Shown here piece after piece: positions 37,049-52,017 of a stretch of DNA of 64,000 nt. Origin of the DNA: Octopus bimaculoides. Lineage: Eukaryota. A model generated the notes under the pieces. It was not told where the DNA came from. It saw only the letters and a program-made list of their open reading frames with translations, and did not search any database. Where the stretch lies: contig NC_068986.1 of assembly GCF_001194135.2 (NCBI RefSeq), positions 2,388,396-2,452,395 of the forward strand, in the 5' to 3' direction. Position 1 is the first letter of the stretch. Each line of letters starts with the position of its first letter. Position numbers and translations under genes: made by a program.

Positions 37049-40000
37049 CTGAAAAAGAAACAGACACATCACTAAGTACACTAATTAACAATACTGACTA
37101 TTTTATATTAACCACCAAAATATTGTGGAGTAACTTATTAGAAATTAACTTTATTTGGCTTGAAAAAAAAGTTTTATTTGACTTGAATAACAAAAAGTAA
37201 AAAGATAAATGTAAAAATCAACCATTCATTTTTTTTTTTTTTAAGTGATATGATGCAGAATATAAATATGATATAAAACTCATAATTTTCCAAACGAAAT
37301 TTGTTCACCTCTAATTTAAAATGTTGCACTATAACCCAAATAACAGAAGAAATAGGCATGGCAGCTAAAACCAACTCAAGGTGGCTACAGTTGACAAAAG
37401 ATCACAGGTGAAACCCTTCTTCAGGTGAAGTTTAATTCAGTCATCACTGCCCCACTCAGGTGAATCATACAGGCTAAGGTATGAAATGTTTGTGACCCTG
37501 AGATACCTGCTGATGGTATGGAAGAGTTTCCAACATTCTGATGGATTCAGAGTTTCTGCATGTGGCAAACCATCTCTGGTGTTTATTTCACCTTAGAGAA
37601 CACAAATCATGGAACTGTGATAGAGATCTGGATTAAATGAACATGACTCATTCTTCTAAACTAGTAGGACTATCTGTTTGCCCTACAATTTGGCAGCCAT
37701 TAAAAGAAACAAATTAGAAAACCATGCCAAATCAGACTGTCCAGCTCATGCCAGCATAGACAATGGATGTTAAATGATGATGATGATGATACAACAGGCT
37801 TCTTTCAGTTTCTGTCTACCAAATCTACAAATCTACTCACTTTGGTTGGCCAGAGGCTATATAGTAGAAGACATTTGCCCAAAGTGCCACTGCATGGCAC
37901 CTTGGGCAAGTGGTTGGGAAGAAAGCTTCTAACCATACAGCCATGCCTGCGCCTACAAATACGTTTTAAATTTGTATTTTTCTTTTATATTTGATTGATC
38001 AAGAAGACAAGACTGCTCATGAGCCTTCATGGACTCTCAGTGATTGATAAGATTGATGAGGCTAATGTTCCACTTGACCAGTTATAACATGACAGATGAA
38101 AAAAAAAGTGAGGGAATTGCAGAGAGATGCTATTTGGAAGAAGAAAGGACTAGACAAAATGACTTGGGTGGCGAGAGGAGATGAGTGACTCAAGATTATC
38201 TGAGTGAAGGTGAACAAATGCAGCCAGATCCAAGGAGCAAAAATAGAAAGGACAGAGTAAGGAGACATGTCTATGGGTCAGAGGTTAGAGAACGGTAAGA
38301 AGTAACTTCAAGCAAAACAGTCAGATGGCTGTCTTCGTGCAGCCAATGTTGTTTGTGTTGTATAACAGTAGCACAGTCACAGATGTGGAAGCTTGTAGTT
38401 ATGAGGGGTTGAGGTATTTACTGGCACTGAAAAGAAAATATCAGTATTTATGATACAATTTTTGCTAAGTTAAGAATATATGGTCACCAGGAGAGATCCT
38501 TAGTGAAGCTTAGCATTTGTTGTGACATTCAGGGCTCTCACTACATGTTAATATTTAGGGGGAATACAGTATGTAAGTGAAAATTTTCAAAGTCATTTCA
38601 CTGATTTAATTATTTAATTTTAAGGATTTAAATGTATCAGTTTCAATTAGTCTTCTATCAGAAATTCAGAGTTTAATGGACTCACAAATGAAACTTAAAA
38701 GAGTTTTTAAAAAAATCAAAGTTTTTTTTTAAAGAGATAAAATTGTCAACTAACAATACAAATCACCCAAAGAAAAAAACACAAGTTATCTGACATTTTT
38801 AACTCGTACTACGTCACAAAATAAAGTTAGTTTTATCACGTAAAAGATATTAACCAAATTGCTATAGAAACAAGTTCAGTAGGTTTTGGTCATACAAACA
38901 TAACAAATGTTTGAAACTGAAATTTGAATATACAATGCATTCTTCAACAGCCTTATCAGAGGCAGCAGAATTAGAAAGAAAAAGAAAAAAACTTTAAACA
39001 GTATATATGTACATATTCCAAGTAATAGTTAACTAGTCAGGATGTAACTCATTATTTTACTCCAAACATTTCAGCAAATAAATTTAGTGAAGCACATTGA
39101 AGGTTACATAAAACCACAAATATAAATATCACATTATCAAATGTCCCTTTTAGTCGACACACTGTTGCTTTCCACCTCAGTACAGACATCAATACTCAGG
39201 TATCAGAAATATAAATTTAAATTCTGCTAAAACTGTATCATACAACCAAAAAAAAATCATAAAATGAGCAAATAAACTAATTTATTGAAATTAAACTAGA
39301 CATGCTCCCTAACAATCTTACCACATCTAATACTCCATATCTATGGTATCGTTTGGGCTAAAATTCTTGTAAGATGAATTTCCTCATAGGTTTGAAAGAT
39401 GTCATAGCTAGTGTCTATGGTATACTTAGGCATGGAAAAACTCAAGGACAAAGTTCGAAAGATCACTGATGAGAAATAAGTCAATCAGAGGATAAATATT
39501 TTGTTCACATATTGTCAGCAGAAGGAGTAAAGCCACACCACTAAAAGTCACATCAATCAAAGATATGAAATCTCAGAAAAAAGAAAGAAGTGAATTAGAA
39601 ACGGTACATGGTATGATAAAACTACTTGTTCTAGTTTTCTCCTGAATAGTCTCACATTACTATTTTAATGAGACAGCTACTCCTCGTATACATTTGAGTT
39701 TATATGAGATTCATCTCATGACGAATAGTCTTCTTTTTACCAAAATCAACGATACACACACACACACATTGGCTGATTGATTTAGGTGTCTATGTAATTA
39801 CAAAGATATATAGATACCCTCGTGGCCTTCTATACCTTGATTCAGTGGAACATAAGAGATTTTGACAGCTGGCAGGAGATGGCAATGGGGAGAGACTGCA
39901 CCAGTACTAGGCTGGCCCTCATTTTCAGCTGAGTAGATTTGGTGCACCATGAAATGAAGCAACTTGCTGAAGGGCACAATGTGCTGCCTAGGCCTGGGAT

Positions 40001-40745
40001 CAAACTCATTTTATGATCATGAGCTCAAAAGCCTAACCACTAAGCCATGCACTTGCATACATATAATATACAATTACAATGTGATGAAATCTGAATTTCA
40101 ACAGGTCGGAACTTTATTGGTAAATGATCAGTTTGATGCCGTGATTGCCACAATTAGATCTTGAAAAAATCTAATTTCTTTCTTCACATATAGAAGATTA
40201 GATGTTATGCAAAACCAATTTGTATTACAGCTGTTGCTCTCTAATTGTAAACAGAGCATGAATATCTCATACATAAAAGAGAAATTGCAAGAAAGGCTTC
40301 CAAAACATTGCAGTAAGTACCTCATTATTGTTCCAACATCTCACACCCAAAGAACAGTATGTGCATTAGTAGTCAAAGTAAGCTGCCATTGTTCACTAAG
40401 GGCTGCACAAATAGTAGTCGGTGCTACTAGTATGCTAATGAGCTAATGAGGGAGCATCTACCTTATTGTCCAACACGTTAGAAATAACAGCTAAATCTCT
40501 TTCAAATCACATCCTACCATTTTAAGAAAACGGAGACATTTGACGATGTGAACCCTAAATATACTATAATATCTGAAAAGTAAAGAGACAGGATGGCTAT
40601 GGTTGGCATGCCTTTTGATCATGAGTCTATTTGATCAGGGCTGACCTAGGGCTAAACAACAACAGCTAGACAGTTTATGTCAAGTCAGTGAGGGAACTTT
40701 TATGTGGCCATTAAATCCATTAGAAATAACGTTCAAATTCCACAC

Positions 40746-41009
40746 CAATATTTCTCAACCATTTTTTACTTATGAACCCCTTTGATTCCTATTTTACTCT
40801 GGTGGACCCTTCCAACCCCTCCCATTGCCATTTGATGTTTAAAAAATCCTATTATATTTTTGAATATTATGAGGAATTGCATAACAAAATTGTTAAAATA
40901 TTTTGCGTATTGTAGAAATACAGCCAATTTTTTTGTGCCTAAATTTTAACAACAAAATTTAATAATATCAACACCAAAGAGCCATATAGACACGAAATGA
41001 GAACCACTG
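40746..41009. mobile_element. hAT-like MITE
   Basis: Termini caatatttctcaa / tgagaaccactg; flanking 8-mers ttccacac / ttgcacat (6/8), consistent with a decayed TSD. Confidence 0.5.
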
Positions 41010-41744
41010 TTGCACATTCTAGAATCTTAAAATGGAAGTTTACACAGGGTAATATAATTTAGCAAAAGATTATAGAATGGCCATGGCTGGAAAGACTTTG
41101 ATCATAGGTTTGTTTGATCAGACTTGTCCAAGGATTAAACAACTACAACTTCCATTGAATGGTTAGCCAACCACGCCAAACTACCCTGAATATAATACTT
41201 GGTAAAGTTAACGATTAAACAAACAGCCTCACCTCGCTACTCTGTCGTGTATTAGAATGTTGCTTGGTTGTTATTTTAAGACTTGTGGTTAGAAATTTCT
41301 AAACCAGTTAACACTACAATGTTTTGATAGCGTTATGTTTTAACATACCACACTTGACATAACAGCGTACCTCTTAAACACATTACACTTAACATAATAC
41401 AGTGCCACTTCAATATAAGACATACATTTACAACAAAAAATATTCAACGTACTTTGATTATGAAAGTTCAGCACATAGAGTTTCAATGGTTACAGTATGA
41501 GATATTATAAAATTTGATGACAATACTGTTCTAAATAGGTTTAGTGTTTGTAAAATTATTAAACTTATGTAGACTGTAAATATAGCTCAGTGTGAAGATT
41601 TACGAGTAGAACTGTATATTTTGTACAATATTAATTTTTTGCCTACATCAATGAAATAAAATAGTACAGTAAAATCATAATTTAACTCCATCAAAGTGTT
41701 TATCAGAATAATAAAACAGCTGTTAAAACAGTGAGAGAAAAGAT

Positions 41745-42500
41745 GATGATGATGATCATCATCATCATCATCATCATCGTTTAACGTCCGCTTTCCATGC
41801 TAGCATGGGTTGGACGATTTGACTGAGGACTGGTGAAACCGGATGGCAACACCAGGCTCCAGTCTGATTTGGCAGAGTTTCTACAGCTGGATGCCCTTCC
41901 TAACGCCAACCACTCAGAGAGTGTAGTGGGTGCTTTTACGTGTCACCCGCACGAAAACGGCCACGCTCGAAATGGTGTCTTTTATGTGCNNNNNNNNNNN
42001 NNNNNNNNNNNNNNNNNNNNNNNNNNNNNNNNNNNNNNNNNNNNNNNNNNNNNNNNNNNNNNNNNNNNNNNNNNNNNNNNNNNNNNNNNNNNNNNNNNNN
42101 NNNNNNNNNNNNNNNGCTCGAAAATCCTACAGGAGCCAGTCAGGCGGTACTGGCAACGGCCACGCTCAAAATGGTGCATCTCATGTGCCACCCGCACAAG
42201 AACCAGTCCAGGGGCACTGGCAACGATCTTACTTGGCTTGCCGGGTCTTCTCACGCACAGCCCATTTCCAAAGGTCTCGGTCCGTAGTCATCGCCTCGGT
42301 GAGGCCCAATGTACGAAGGTCTTGCCTCACCACCTCAGCCCAGGTCTTCCTGGGCCTACCTCTTCCACGGGTTCCCTCAACTGTTAGGGTGTGGCACTTT
42401 TTCACGCAGCTATCCTCCTCCATTCTCACCACATGTCCATACCAGCGCAATCGTCTCTCTTGCACGCCACAACTGATGCTTCTAATGTTCAGCTTTTCTC
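41745..42500 (-). mobile_element. Young RTE-clade LINE 3' fragment with 3' UTR and (ATG)n tail
   Basis: QERRLRWYGHVVRMEEDSCVKKCH..EGTRGRGRPRKTW; tail at 41745-41778; gap 41990-42115. Confidence 0.9.
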
Positions 42501-43079
42501 TCTGATGATGGTAATAATAATAAAAATAATAATAACAAAAGAAAACGCAAAGACACCGTTAATAAAAACAAAGATTATAACGAAGTTGAAGATGATAACA
42601 ATCTAAAAAATAGACAAAAATGACACAAACTCTGGTCCAATTTCACTCCTTTATTATTAGCCAATTGGTCAAATATCCAACCAATTGACAAATAATAAAG
42701 AAGCAGAATTGAACTAGGGCGTGTGTTATTAATATTGGCATAATGACTCTCCCTAGACACAACAAAAATTGCTTCATCACACGAATTCACATAAAGAATC
42801 TTGCAAACCAGATACAAAAACGAGGCAACAATGTCATTGAAGGAGAAAGAAGGTAACAAGGATATTTCATGGCAAATAGTGTTATTACAAGCCAACATGA
42901 GAACCACTACATGGTCATTCAGCCTGCCACAGAAAAGCTGCTAAATTTCCTTTATATCACATCCGACCATCTTAAAAAAGATGATACATAAGACTACTAA
43001 TGCTTGAAAAAAAAGGTGAGATGGTCATGGTTAGACTGCTTTTGATCATAGGTCTGCTAAAACAGACACACACCACCAC

Positions 43080-44280
43080 CACTACTGACCTCATCAACCA
43101 ACCCACCAGGTTACACTCCCCAACCACAATGCTTTAACACAACCATTATTGGAGAACACCTCAATGTAGTCAATACATCCTGGATTTTAGATAGCACGGA
43201 TAACTCATGACGTAACATAATAGCAACATAACTAATGTTCTTTTACATCTTAAGCAAACCACACTAATACACATACATATCACACTAAGTCAGTGACAAC
43301 TCTTCTATGAACACTGACTTCTGCTTCACATAGCAAGTTATCACAACCAATTGCAATCACAACCAATTGTCCTCAAGCCAACAACCATTATCACAAAACA
43401 GTCATACATCAATGAGGAAATCAAAATACATTTTTTTTACAATCTTCAAAAGCATTCCATCAAGATACAGATTTAAGATTTTCAGTATTTAACACCACCA
43501 CCCCAAGCTCCAACATAATATATATACTGCAGTAGAAAACATTCAACAAAATAACTATAGATACATACAAAAACTGCAGGGTAACAATAAAGTACAACTC
43601 TAGTTACATAACAGAAATAGTCACCTCATAAATACCAGAGACAACCTCAAAAACAATATGCCAACACCCTGTACAATTGAAGTTAAATTCAGCACCAAAT
43701 GAATAAACAAAAAAATAAATCAGAGGAAAAAAAAAATCTGGCACATATTTACATTCAACATAAACTACAAAACTAACAGAAAAATACTATACAGAGTAAT
43801 AAGCATCATCAACATTAACACTACTCAAACCACACCCATGCTGCAACGACTATCTCAAATAACATCCTGCAACAGCAAGCAAATGTTTTTAGCAATCATT
43901 TCTTGAACATCAAGCACCAAAATTACACAAGGCAGGAACACAAATTAAAAATATGCACCTTTACCTAGAACAGGATTTCGATCCCTTCTTTCCATCAAAC
44001 ACCAAAAAAAAAGCAATAGGGACATCTAAAATCTCAAAAATTCAGGGCCAGACAAAATCACAAGCATATATCTAAAATCTCCACTTGCCAACCTTTACAG
44101 CTATTCATACCAACATTGTTAACTTCCTAGAATCTAGGCAAAAACTATAACAATTCTAAAGCTTGACAAAATTACAAGTCAACTAACAGCATATAGACCC
44201 ATTACCCTCCTAGATATATGTACAACAATTTGATAAAAGCTAATCTTTACCACCACTAATGCACTCATACAATTCAACAC
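43080..44280 (+). mobile_element. Decayed Jockey/I-like LINE (endonuclease-RT linker and RT start)
   Basis: SGPDKIT..., AKTITILK..AYRPITLLD; similar to the reverse complement of 47000-47340. Confidence 0.55.
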
Positions 44281-44454
44281 TGCAATTCAGAGTGTACAGC
44301 ATTGTTCTCACCTACACAAACAAAGTACAGCTAGAAAGATAGATCCTACTGGATCAGGGGGTTGCCTGGGGCTAAACATCACCTCTAGCCACAAGTCAAA
44401 TAAGAAGTGCCAGCTAGAAATAAAAGTCAAAACTCTCTAACGATCATATCCTAT

Positions 44455-44990
44455 CATCATCATCATCATCATCCTCGTCATTTATTGTATGTTTTCCATG
44501 CTGGCATGGGTTGGACAGTTTGACAGGAGCTGGCCAAACTCCATTTATCTGTTGTGACATGGTTTCTACGGCTGGATACCCTTCCTAATGCCAACCGCTT
44601 TACAGAGTGTGATGAGAGCTTTTTACATGCCACCAGCATGGGTGCAAACGTGTGGCACCAGCATGAGTGCATTTCATGTGGCACCAGCACCTGTAAAGGA
44701 TAAGCCCATATGTACGGAGGATCATGATTTCACTTAGCTTGACACTTCTTTCTCAAGTACAGCAAATCACCACAACTCCAGGTCCCTTGTCATTTCCTCA
44801 GAGAGGCCCAGTATCTGAAGATCCTTTCTCACCTCTTCATCTCATATCTTCCTGGGTTTACCCCTTCCACAGGTACCCTCCACAATCGGAGTTCGGCACT
44901 TCTTTACACAGCTGTCTTCATCCATATACATCACATAACCAAACCAGCGCAGTCTTCTCTCTTGCACACAACCCTTAGTGGCCTCTTATA
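44455..44990 (-). mobile_element. RTE-clade LINE 3' fragment, older copy
   Basis: VQERRLRWFGYVM.MDEDSCVKKC..EGTCGRGKPRK; (ATG)n tail. Confidence 0.8.
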
Positions 44991-46132
44991 CCCAGTTTTC
45001 CTCTTAAATCATTTACACTCTAGCCTTCTGTCTTAGAAAAGGGAGACATATATACTCATATATATATTCTAAATAATGTAGTCCAATACACATTATACAA
45101 TCAAAAGGAGAGAATCGCAGCTACAAAGCCTTTGATCAAAAGTCTTCTCTGTCAGAACTCACCCAGTTCTAAACAACAATAACACCTTGAGCCAAATCTC
45201 CCTCAAACCTTATCCTACCATCTTAAAGACTAAGGTCACATTAGACAAACTTCTCGATGTACTCTGGAAGAGTGCAGAACAACAATCTTACCAGCAGTTT
45301 AAGATAACCTGCAAAGGTCACTGCCTTTGCCCCTCCTCACCCTCCAACTAAGCAATAAAGCACACTGCATTCCACCCTGCTAACCATGCTTGAAAGTACA
45401 GCATGTACCAAGACCAGACTAAAGAATAACATTTCAGAAGTGCAGTCCTAATGTGTTGCTCCTCAGCATTTGATCAGCTATTGTCAATCTGAAGCAGAGC
45501 TCATCAATAACATCCACAGCCTTTCATCTGGTTACCACATCTGCTAGAAATAGCAACCAAATTACCCTCAATTTATATCCTGCTGTCTTAAAAGGAGGAC
45601 ACATGGGATGATGTAATCCTAGATATACTGTCTAATATAAAGAAGGGATGGTCATGGCTGGAATCACTTTGCTCAAATGTCTTCTCACCTAGAGCCAACA
45701 AATACTGAATTTCTACAGCAACAATACCAAAAGTGGCATACATGGAAGCTGGCATCTAAGCTCCTGTTTATTATTCCATTAACTTAACTATCACTTTAGT
45801 GACAAGATCTCACTTCCAAACTATAAGTCTTATGTCAACCAGCCCATATAACAGATGGCTGAAGCAGAAAAGCTGGACATATCTAGTGTTTGAACAATTG
45901 CTGTTATTACATTACAACAATACCAATACAGAATAACAATTCAATCATTACAGTTAATTACAATATCAGTGTTGCATAGCATTAAAACCCATTACACTAG
46001 TGCACCCATCATTAAGAAACACCAAACAAACACCCACACACCACTAACTCATACAATGTTGAATTAACATCATTAACACAATTAACATCATTAACACAAT
46101 TTACAATAATACATACTCATCATAAATGTAGT

Positions 46133-46186
46133 TAATTATGGCAGGTCATTTAATTATGGCAGGTCATTTAAGTATGGCAGGTCATT
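46133..46186. repeat. 18-bp tandem repeat x3 (taattatggcaggtcatt)
   Basis: Read directly; one mismatch in copy 3. Confidence 0.9.
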
Positions 46187-46619
46187 TAATACAAACAGTG
46201 GCTACACTATATCAAACTTGACATTATTACTCCCAACAGCAGGCAAACATTCTTTCAAAATAGCTCAATAAAACCAGACACTACAATCCACACAAAAAAT
46301 AAATACAATGTTGTATAGGCCTGTTCCCTCTACTCCATAAATAAATATCATTCCTTGTAAGAAAATTTTAAAAAAACCATTCACAAGCTACAATATGTAA
46401 CAACACAACTATACATAAAAACACCAAGGCTCTCAAAAAGATAAAGACAAACAAATATATTGAATTACTGGTACCAACACAACTAAATACCAAAACCTCA
46501 GAAAATTGTTAAAAATCTCAAAAATATTAAACAAAGTTTCTCATTGGTTCCACTGGCTATAAACTTATTGCAGTTGCAAATACAATGAGATACAGTGAAG
46601 CATTATTTGCATCTCAAAA

Positions 46620-48060
46620 TTTTTATTCATTAAGAATTGTTCAGTTAGTCAGCTCTTTACCATTTTTTGCCTTGGCAACCAACTAATATGCTTCCCAACT
46701 GAAAAGATAGTGAAACAGAAATAACCTCAAGGAATATATCCATCTCCATTAGCCTACCTTCTAAGAACCAGGGACACACAATGACGTGATCCACCAAGAA
46801 ATGCAATATTAGAACTTTCCAAGACAATTTGGCTTCTATCCCAGAAGTAGATAGCAAGGAATGGAGTTGGAAGCTTTGTCAATATCAATGGTAATTAGTA
46901 TGGTATGGAGGCTTTTTGAAGATGTTAAAGCCATCATCTATTTTCTGTATTAAATTTGTGAGTCTTGAGGTGGTGATTGTATGTAGTTACCTGAACCTGT
47001 ATTATGTTTTGGAGAGATGGATATGTTAGTGATGTCAAGGATAAGTCTTTTTAGTTTGTTTTTTTTTCTTGAGGGTGTATATAATAGGGTGCTGAGTCTG
47101 TATGATGCTATTTCAGTTGGGTTTTTGCTGACCTTTAGAATTGTTATAATTTTGTCCAACTTCCAGAATCTGTGAATCTTACGGAATCGAGTAGTTCTAC
47201 AAAACTACAGAACTGAATAGTTTTACAGAGTTAAGTAGTTCCAGATGTGAGCGAGTACAGAGACTCCTTCAGGCATAGATGTTTTAACTCCTTAGAATTT
47301 CATGTAACTTTGAGGGTTTTGAGTTTTAGTTGCCCCTATTGCTTTTGGGGATGATTGTTGGAAGGAAGTAGACAAACTCACAGAGGAGGTGGCAGCTGTG
47401 TATTTTCATTTTGTGTTCCTGTCTCTTTGTGCATGGTTTTTGGTGGCTGATATCCAAGAAATGTCTGTTATGTGCATTTATTTGGGATTATAGTGTTGGG
47501 GTTTTTTACCCTTGTTGTTGGTCCTTTTAATTACCACCCACTCCTTTCCCTTCATGTGCCGTGTGATCTTGAACTTCCATGTCAAAGTATGAAGAGTATG
47601 ATTTATTGGAGGAAAGCTACAGCATTAGCTTCCCACGGCCTTCCATCTGTTTATTTACAGTTTATTCTGCTAATCTCCTGCTCTTTGGAACTCGTTATTG
47701 AGGCACACGGCCTATTTAACCTTTCAGCAGGTTGAATGACATCAAGGTAAGTTCACACACGGATGGGCCTGCATGGCACATGCATAGCAGCCAACCTTCC
47801 TTTGAGTTATGCATATCTTCTGCTATCTGACCCGTAACAGGGTAGTGGTGACTAAAATGTAACTCCATCTTCCCAAAAATTGAACTCCCAAGCTGGAGGT
47901 ATGTTTCAATAAAGGCTCAAGACATTTGTTCTACATAATGTTTTACTATGTAGTTTTGGAGCTTGTTAGATACAAATGTTTGTTAATTTTGTGTTTTTCT
48001 ATAGTTTATTTTAGTTTCTTATTTCTTTGTTTACAAGTTTCATACTGAGTTTGTTCCAGT
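46620..48060 (-). mobile_element. Decayed Jockey/I-like LINE segment (end of APE domain to mid-RT)
   Basis: SHHYPV (SDH-like), DKIITILKVSKNPTEIASYRLSTLL, IDIDKASNSIP (DISKAFD-like). Confidence 0.6.
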
Positions 48061-48129
48061 TGTCTTGTTTTAGTATTTGAGTTGTCTTTGATTTTTATGA
48101 AGTTGGCTATTTCTGTCATGTAATTGAGT

Positions 48130-48420
48130 CTGCAATTTCTTGACTGGAGTACTACAGGGTTCCATTCTCTCACCCACTCTGTTCAACCTATACACACATG
48201 ACCTTTCCAGACTGTCACAAAGCATACAGACAGCCTCATATGCAGATATCACACTCACATTCTCTCTCCTTTCTCCAAATATTGCTACACTACTTCAACC
48301 CTACTCAATTCACCTAGAAACCTGGCTTCATTTTGAAGATTAAAAGTAGTTGCTACCAAATCCACTTTCTCTTTTCTTACCATCAACACCAGAGAACACC
48401 AAAGACAAATACACTGATCC
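48130..48420 (+). mobile_element. Jockey/I-like RT segment (motifs 4-6), opposite orientation to 46620-48060
   Basis: GVLQGSILSPTLFNLYTHDL..SYADITL..LQPYSIHLETW. Confidence 0.7.
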
Positions 48421-48559
48421 ACAATGTGGCTTAGAGAGAGCTTCTTTAAAAGTTTCTAGAGCAAAATCTTTTACTTAACAAAGCATTCTTCACAGTCACT
48501 AATGATGCAATACAAACCATTCTCAAGAATCTAAACTATTCATTAAAATTCATCAAGTT

Positions 48560-49080
48560 CATCCAGCTCGTCTTCATCATCAACATAGTCTGATTTTGCG
48601 AACAAAGATTTGTGAAGAGCACTGTCCATGTTGACTGCAGGCTCACTGATGGTCAACAAAGCTAATATGGGACAGTTAGACCTGGTTGCATCAGCTGCAT
48701 GGGAAATTCTGAGTTTTGTGTTCGTGTATTACAGTTCTTCCACAATCTCCTTTGGCCCACAAAGTCCGCTTTGTATATGTTCTTGAAAGAATAGAAAGAC
48801 TGATGAAAGGTGTATTGCCAAGCCTCATAATTGAAGGTTATATTAGAACACTGACAATGGGCAATCTGACAGGTGCCAAAGGATATCTTCAGAGAGCCTT
48901 TCTCTTTTTCTTTGGTGTCTTTCTGTCCAGTGTTGGTTTGCCATACCAGAAAATCTTGGGCAAGCAATGATCCTCCATCTTGGTAGCATACTGTGCCTGC
49001 AGTAACTTGGTCTCAATGCTGGTAACTTCCACCAGTTTAAGGACTTCAGTGTATCAGCTACAAAGTAACAGCTGTACATA
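48560..49080 (-). mobile_element. Decayed RTE LINE 3' end (BovB-like C-terminus)
   Basis: KMEDHCLPKIFWYG, SLKISFGTCQI..EAWQ, FPCS*CNQV C-terminal zinc-finger-like motif; gatgatgaa tail. Confidence 0.6.
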
Positions 49081-51194
49081 GAGTGGAGGTAGTGATGGTG
49101 GAAGCGCTCAAGGAATCATAAATTGGTAACAGTAGGTAATTGATGGCTCAGAGTCACAAAGGAGAATGGTTATTACAACAGTTCTGAAAGGGGAAGACAG
49201 GCTGAATAAAATCACATGATGTAGGTTTGTGTACTTCTCCCTGGCACTTCCAATCCTTTCGCAATAGAATGTACTGCCTGGCTAGTTAGCTATCTGATCA
49301 AAATAGTTTTTTCAGTGCCACAAAAATGACAATAAGGGAGGATTCTTACATTGGTACACTATCTGCAATAAATATAACATTACAATTCATCAAAAGAACC
49401 ATCCACAGAAGATGACCATGAAATTATATAAAGACAATAATGATTTCTAATACTGGCACAAGGTGAGACATTTTGCAAGGCATTTAGTCAATTCACATGA
49501 GCTTGAATACTTGACCAAATCTATTCTATTAACCACATTGAGAACATAAAGGGATGTAACTAACTGTAATGGCATTTTTTTCACTATTCTAGTTATTCTG
49601 CCAACTACATTGCCCTTAGAAGGACAATATCAGTCTTTCAGACTTAAACCAAATGATATGCCTTCATAAGCAAATGATAAAGGAAGCTCGAAAAATAAAG
49701 ATTACTTTGTTACTGGTTTCAGTCATTGGAGTGTGGTCATTCTAGAGCAAAGCCTTCAAGGATTTTTTTTAAATCATAACTGACTCCAGTATTTATTGCA
49801 GATGGGTACTTATTTAATTGATTATTGTTTACTTTTACATGAAGAGAGATGCAACCTAATGCACCAGTATACATACACACACACATATGAAGGGCTTCTG
49901 CAGTTTCTATCTCTCAGATTCCACTCACAATGCATGGGTCAACCTGAGGATGCAGTAGAAGATACTTCCGAAAGGTATTGTGCAATGAGATTGAATCAGG
50001 GATTATATAGTTGTGAAAATGAACTTCTTTACACTGTTAATTTGAATCTTGTGGAGGATTTCTCAGTTTCTGTGGCATTAAACAGAGATTAAAAAGCTTC
50101 TCCCATCTTGGTCAGATGTTAACCTATTGCAAGTGTGTTTCTCTAGAAACTTTTCTAGCAGGAACTGCTAGATTAATGATCATCAAAATATTTCACATCT
50201 ATAAGCTAATATACTTTTATACTTTAGCTACTATTTATTTCATTCATATTTGATGGATAAAAGGTCATGCTGACCTATGCAAGATTTTAATAACAGAGTT
50301 ATGCTTCAAACATTACCAGTAAGCAGTAATTGTGATTCTTTTACTAATGCACCAAAAAAACGAGTTTCTACATACATCTGTGTGTGTGTGTGTGTGCATA
50401 TGTATGTGTAATTTTGTTTTGCAGATTTTTAACTAGCAAACTGTTTTAAAGACAATACTTTGTTTTTTTATATATATGGTTGGGTGTGTGTGTGTGTGTG
50501 TGTGTTATTGTTATTATATTTAAACCAGTTCGATTTGGCCCCATGTGGCTCAAAGTTTCATAGGGTTGGTTATTACAGAAACTTTAAATTGCTTGGGGCT
50601 AAATCAAACTGTTTGAAATAATAATATATGCTATTCCTACTTACATGTGTTGAGTGCCTCTTTCATTCATTTGTCCACTCACCCATATATATATATTCTT
50701 CACACAAACACACAAATTTAAAGACACTCATGGTTGTAATAATAATGTCATAAGCCTATGAGGTGCCACTAAAGACTTATCTTCTTAGAATGGGTCCAGA
50801 AGAAATCAACTTCATAGAGCCTACATTCTTTGGGGGTTTTTTTTTTTTTCTTCCTTAAAGTGATCTGGATTTAAATTTTCCATTAAAATTTCATATTAAT
50901 CTGTTTCAAACACCAGACTTTAATAATGGCAGTGATTTTTAGCAAATGGTTCGTTATTTTCAAAATTAATGGAAACAAAGGCAGTGTATTTTAACAGAAA
51001 TATGGTAACAAAAGGGTTAACCTCAGCACTGCAATATGAAAAAAAATGCTCATCTAAAATGTTTGAACTACTTACAACCATGAACTGGGCCTCTCTATTA
51101 GCGACCAGGCAGACTGGGCTGTTGAGAATTAAATGATTTTGTAAAGAACAGAACAAGAACACTATGGAAGTTTGAAAACACGTACGAAAATGCG

Positions 51195-51199
<5 letters not shown>

Positions 51200-51246
<47 letters not shown>

Positions 51247-51370
51247 TGCTACCTGTATATGTATATGCACACGTATTTAATACATTGCACACACACACAT
51301 ATACATATATATATGTGTGTATATATATATATATGTGTGTGTATATATATATATATATTCATGCAAAAAT
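51200..51370. repeat. (AT)n/(CA)n/(TG)n microsatellite
   Basis: Read directly. Confidence 0.9.
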
Positions 51371-52017
51371 ATATATGCACATATACACTTGTACATTTTT
51401 GCGTTTGTACAAATTTGTAAATATTAATGTCTATGGGTGTGTGTGTGTGTGTGTGTTGTTTTTGTCCAACGTATTCGTGACAGTCTGCTGGAAAGAATGG
51501 TGATGATAGGGGATAGTGATGAACAGGAGAGAAGACTAGTGTGGGACTTCCCCATCAGCCGACACTGCGGGAATAAGAGGAATGGTTATGATGGTGGTTG
51601 ATGGAGGTGATGAAGCCATATGTATACAAAGAAAAAAAATTATCAAGTCTGATACTTCGTAGAAACAACCCGTCTGAAAAAAGCTAATCTTATACTGTGA
51701 CTATACATGTACACACATTAGCATCCATCATGTTTGGAAAATGATATCCAAAACGAGAACAAGGATTAGTCTGTCTGTCTGTCTTTCTCTTTCTCTCTCT
51801 AATTACATAATTAAACAGGATAAACAAACACAAATGTAAGACGAGAGGAACAAAAATACATTTTTGCTTCTAAATACCATTTGAACCACTTCATGACATA
51901 TATATATGTTCGTATACGTGCATATGTTTGTAAGCATACGAGTATATAGTATGTGGGTTTGTGTGTGTGTGTGTGTGTGTGTGTGAGCTCTAGAGAGAGA
52001 GAGAGAATCTTATTTAC

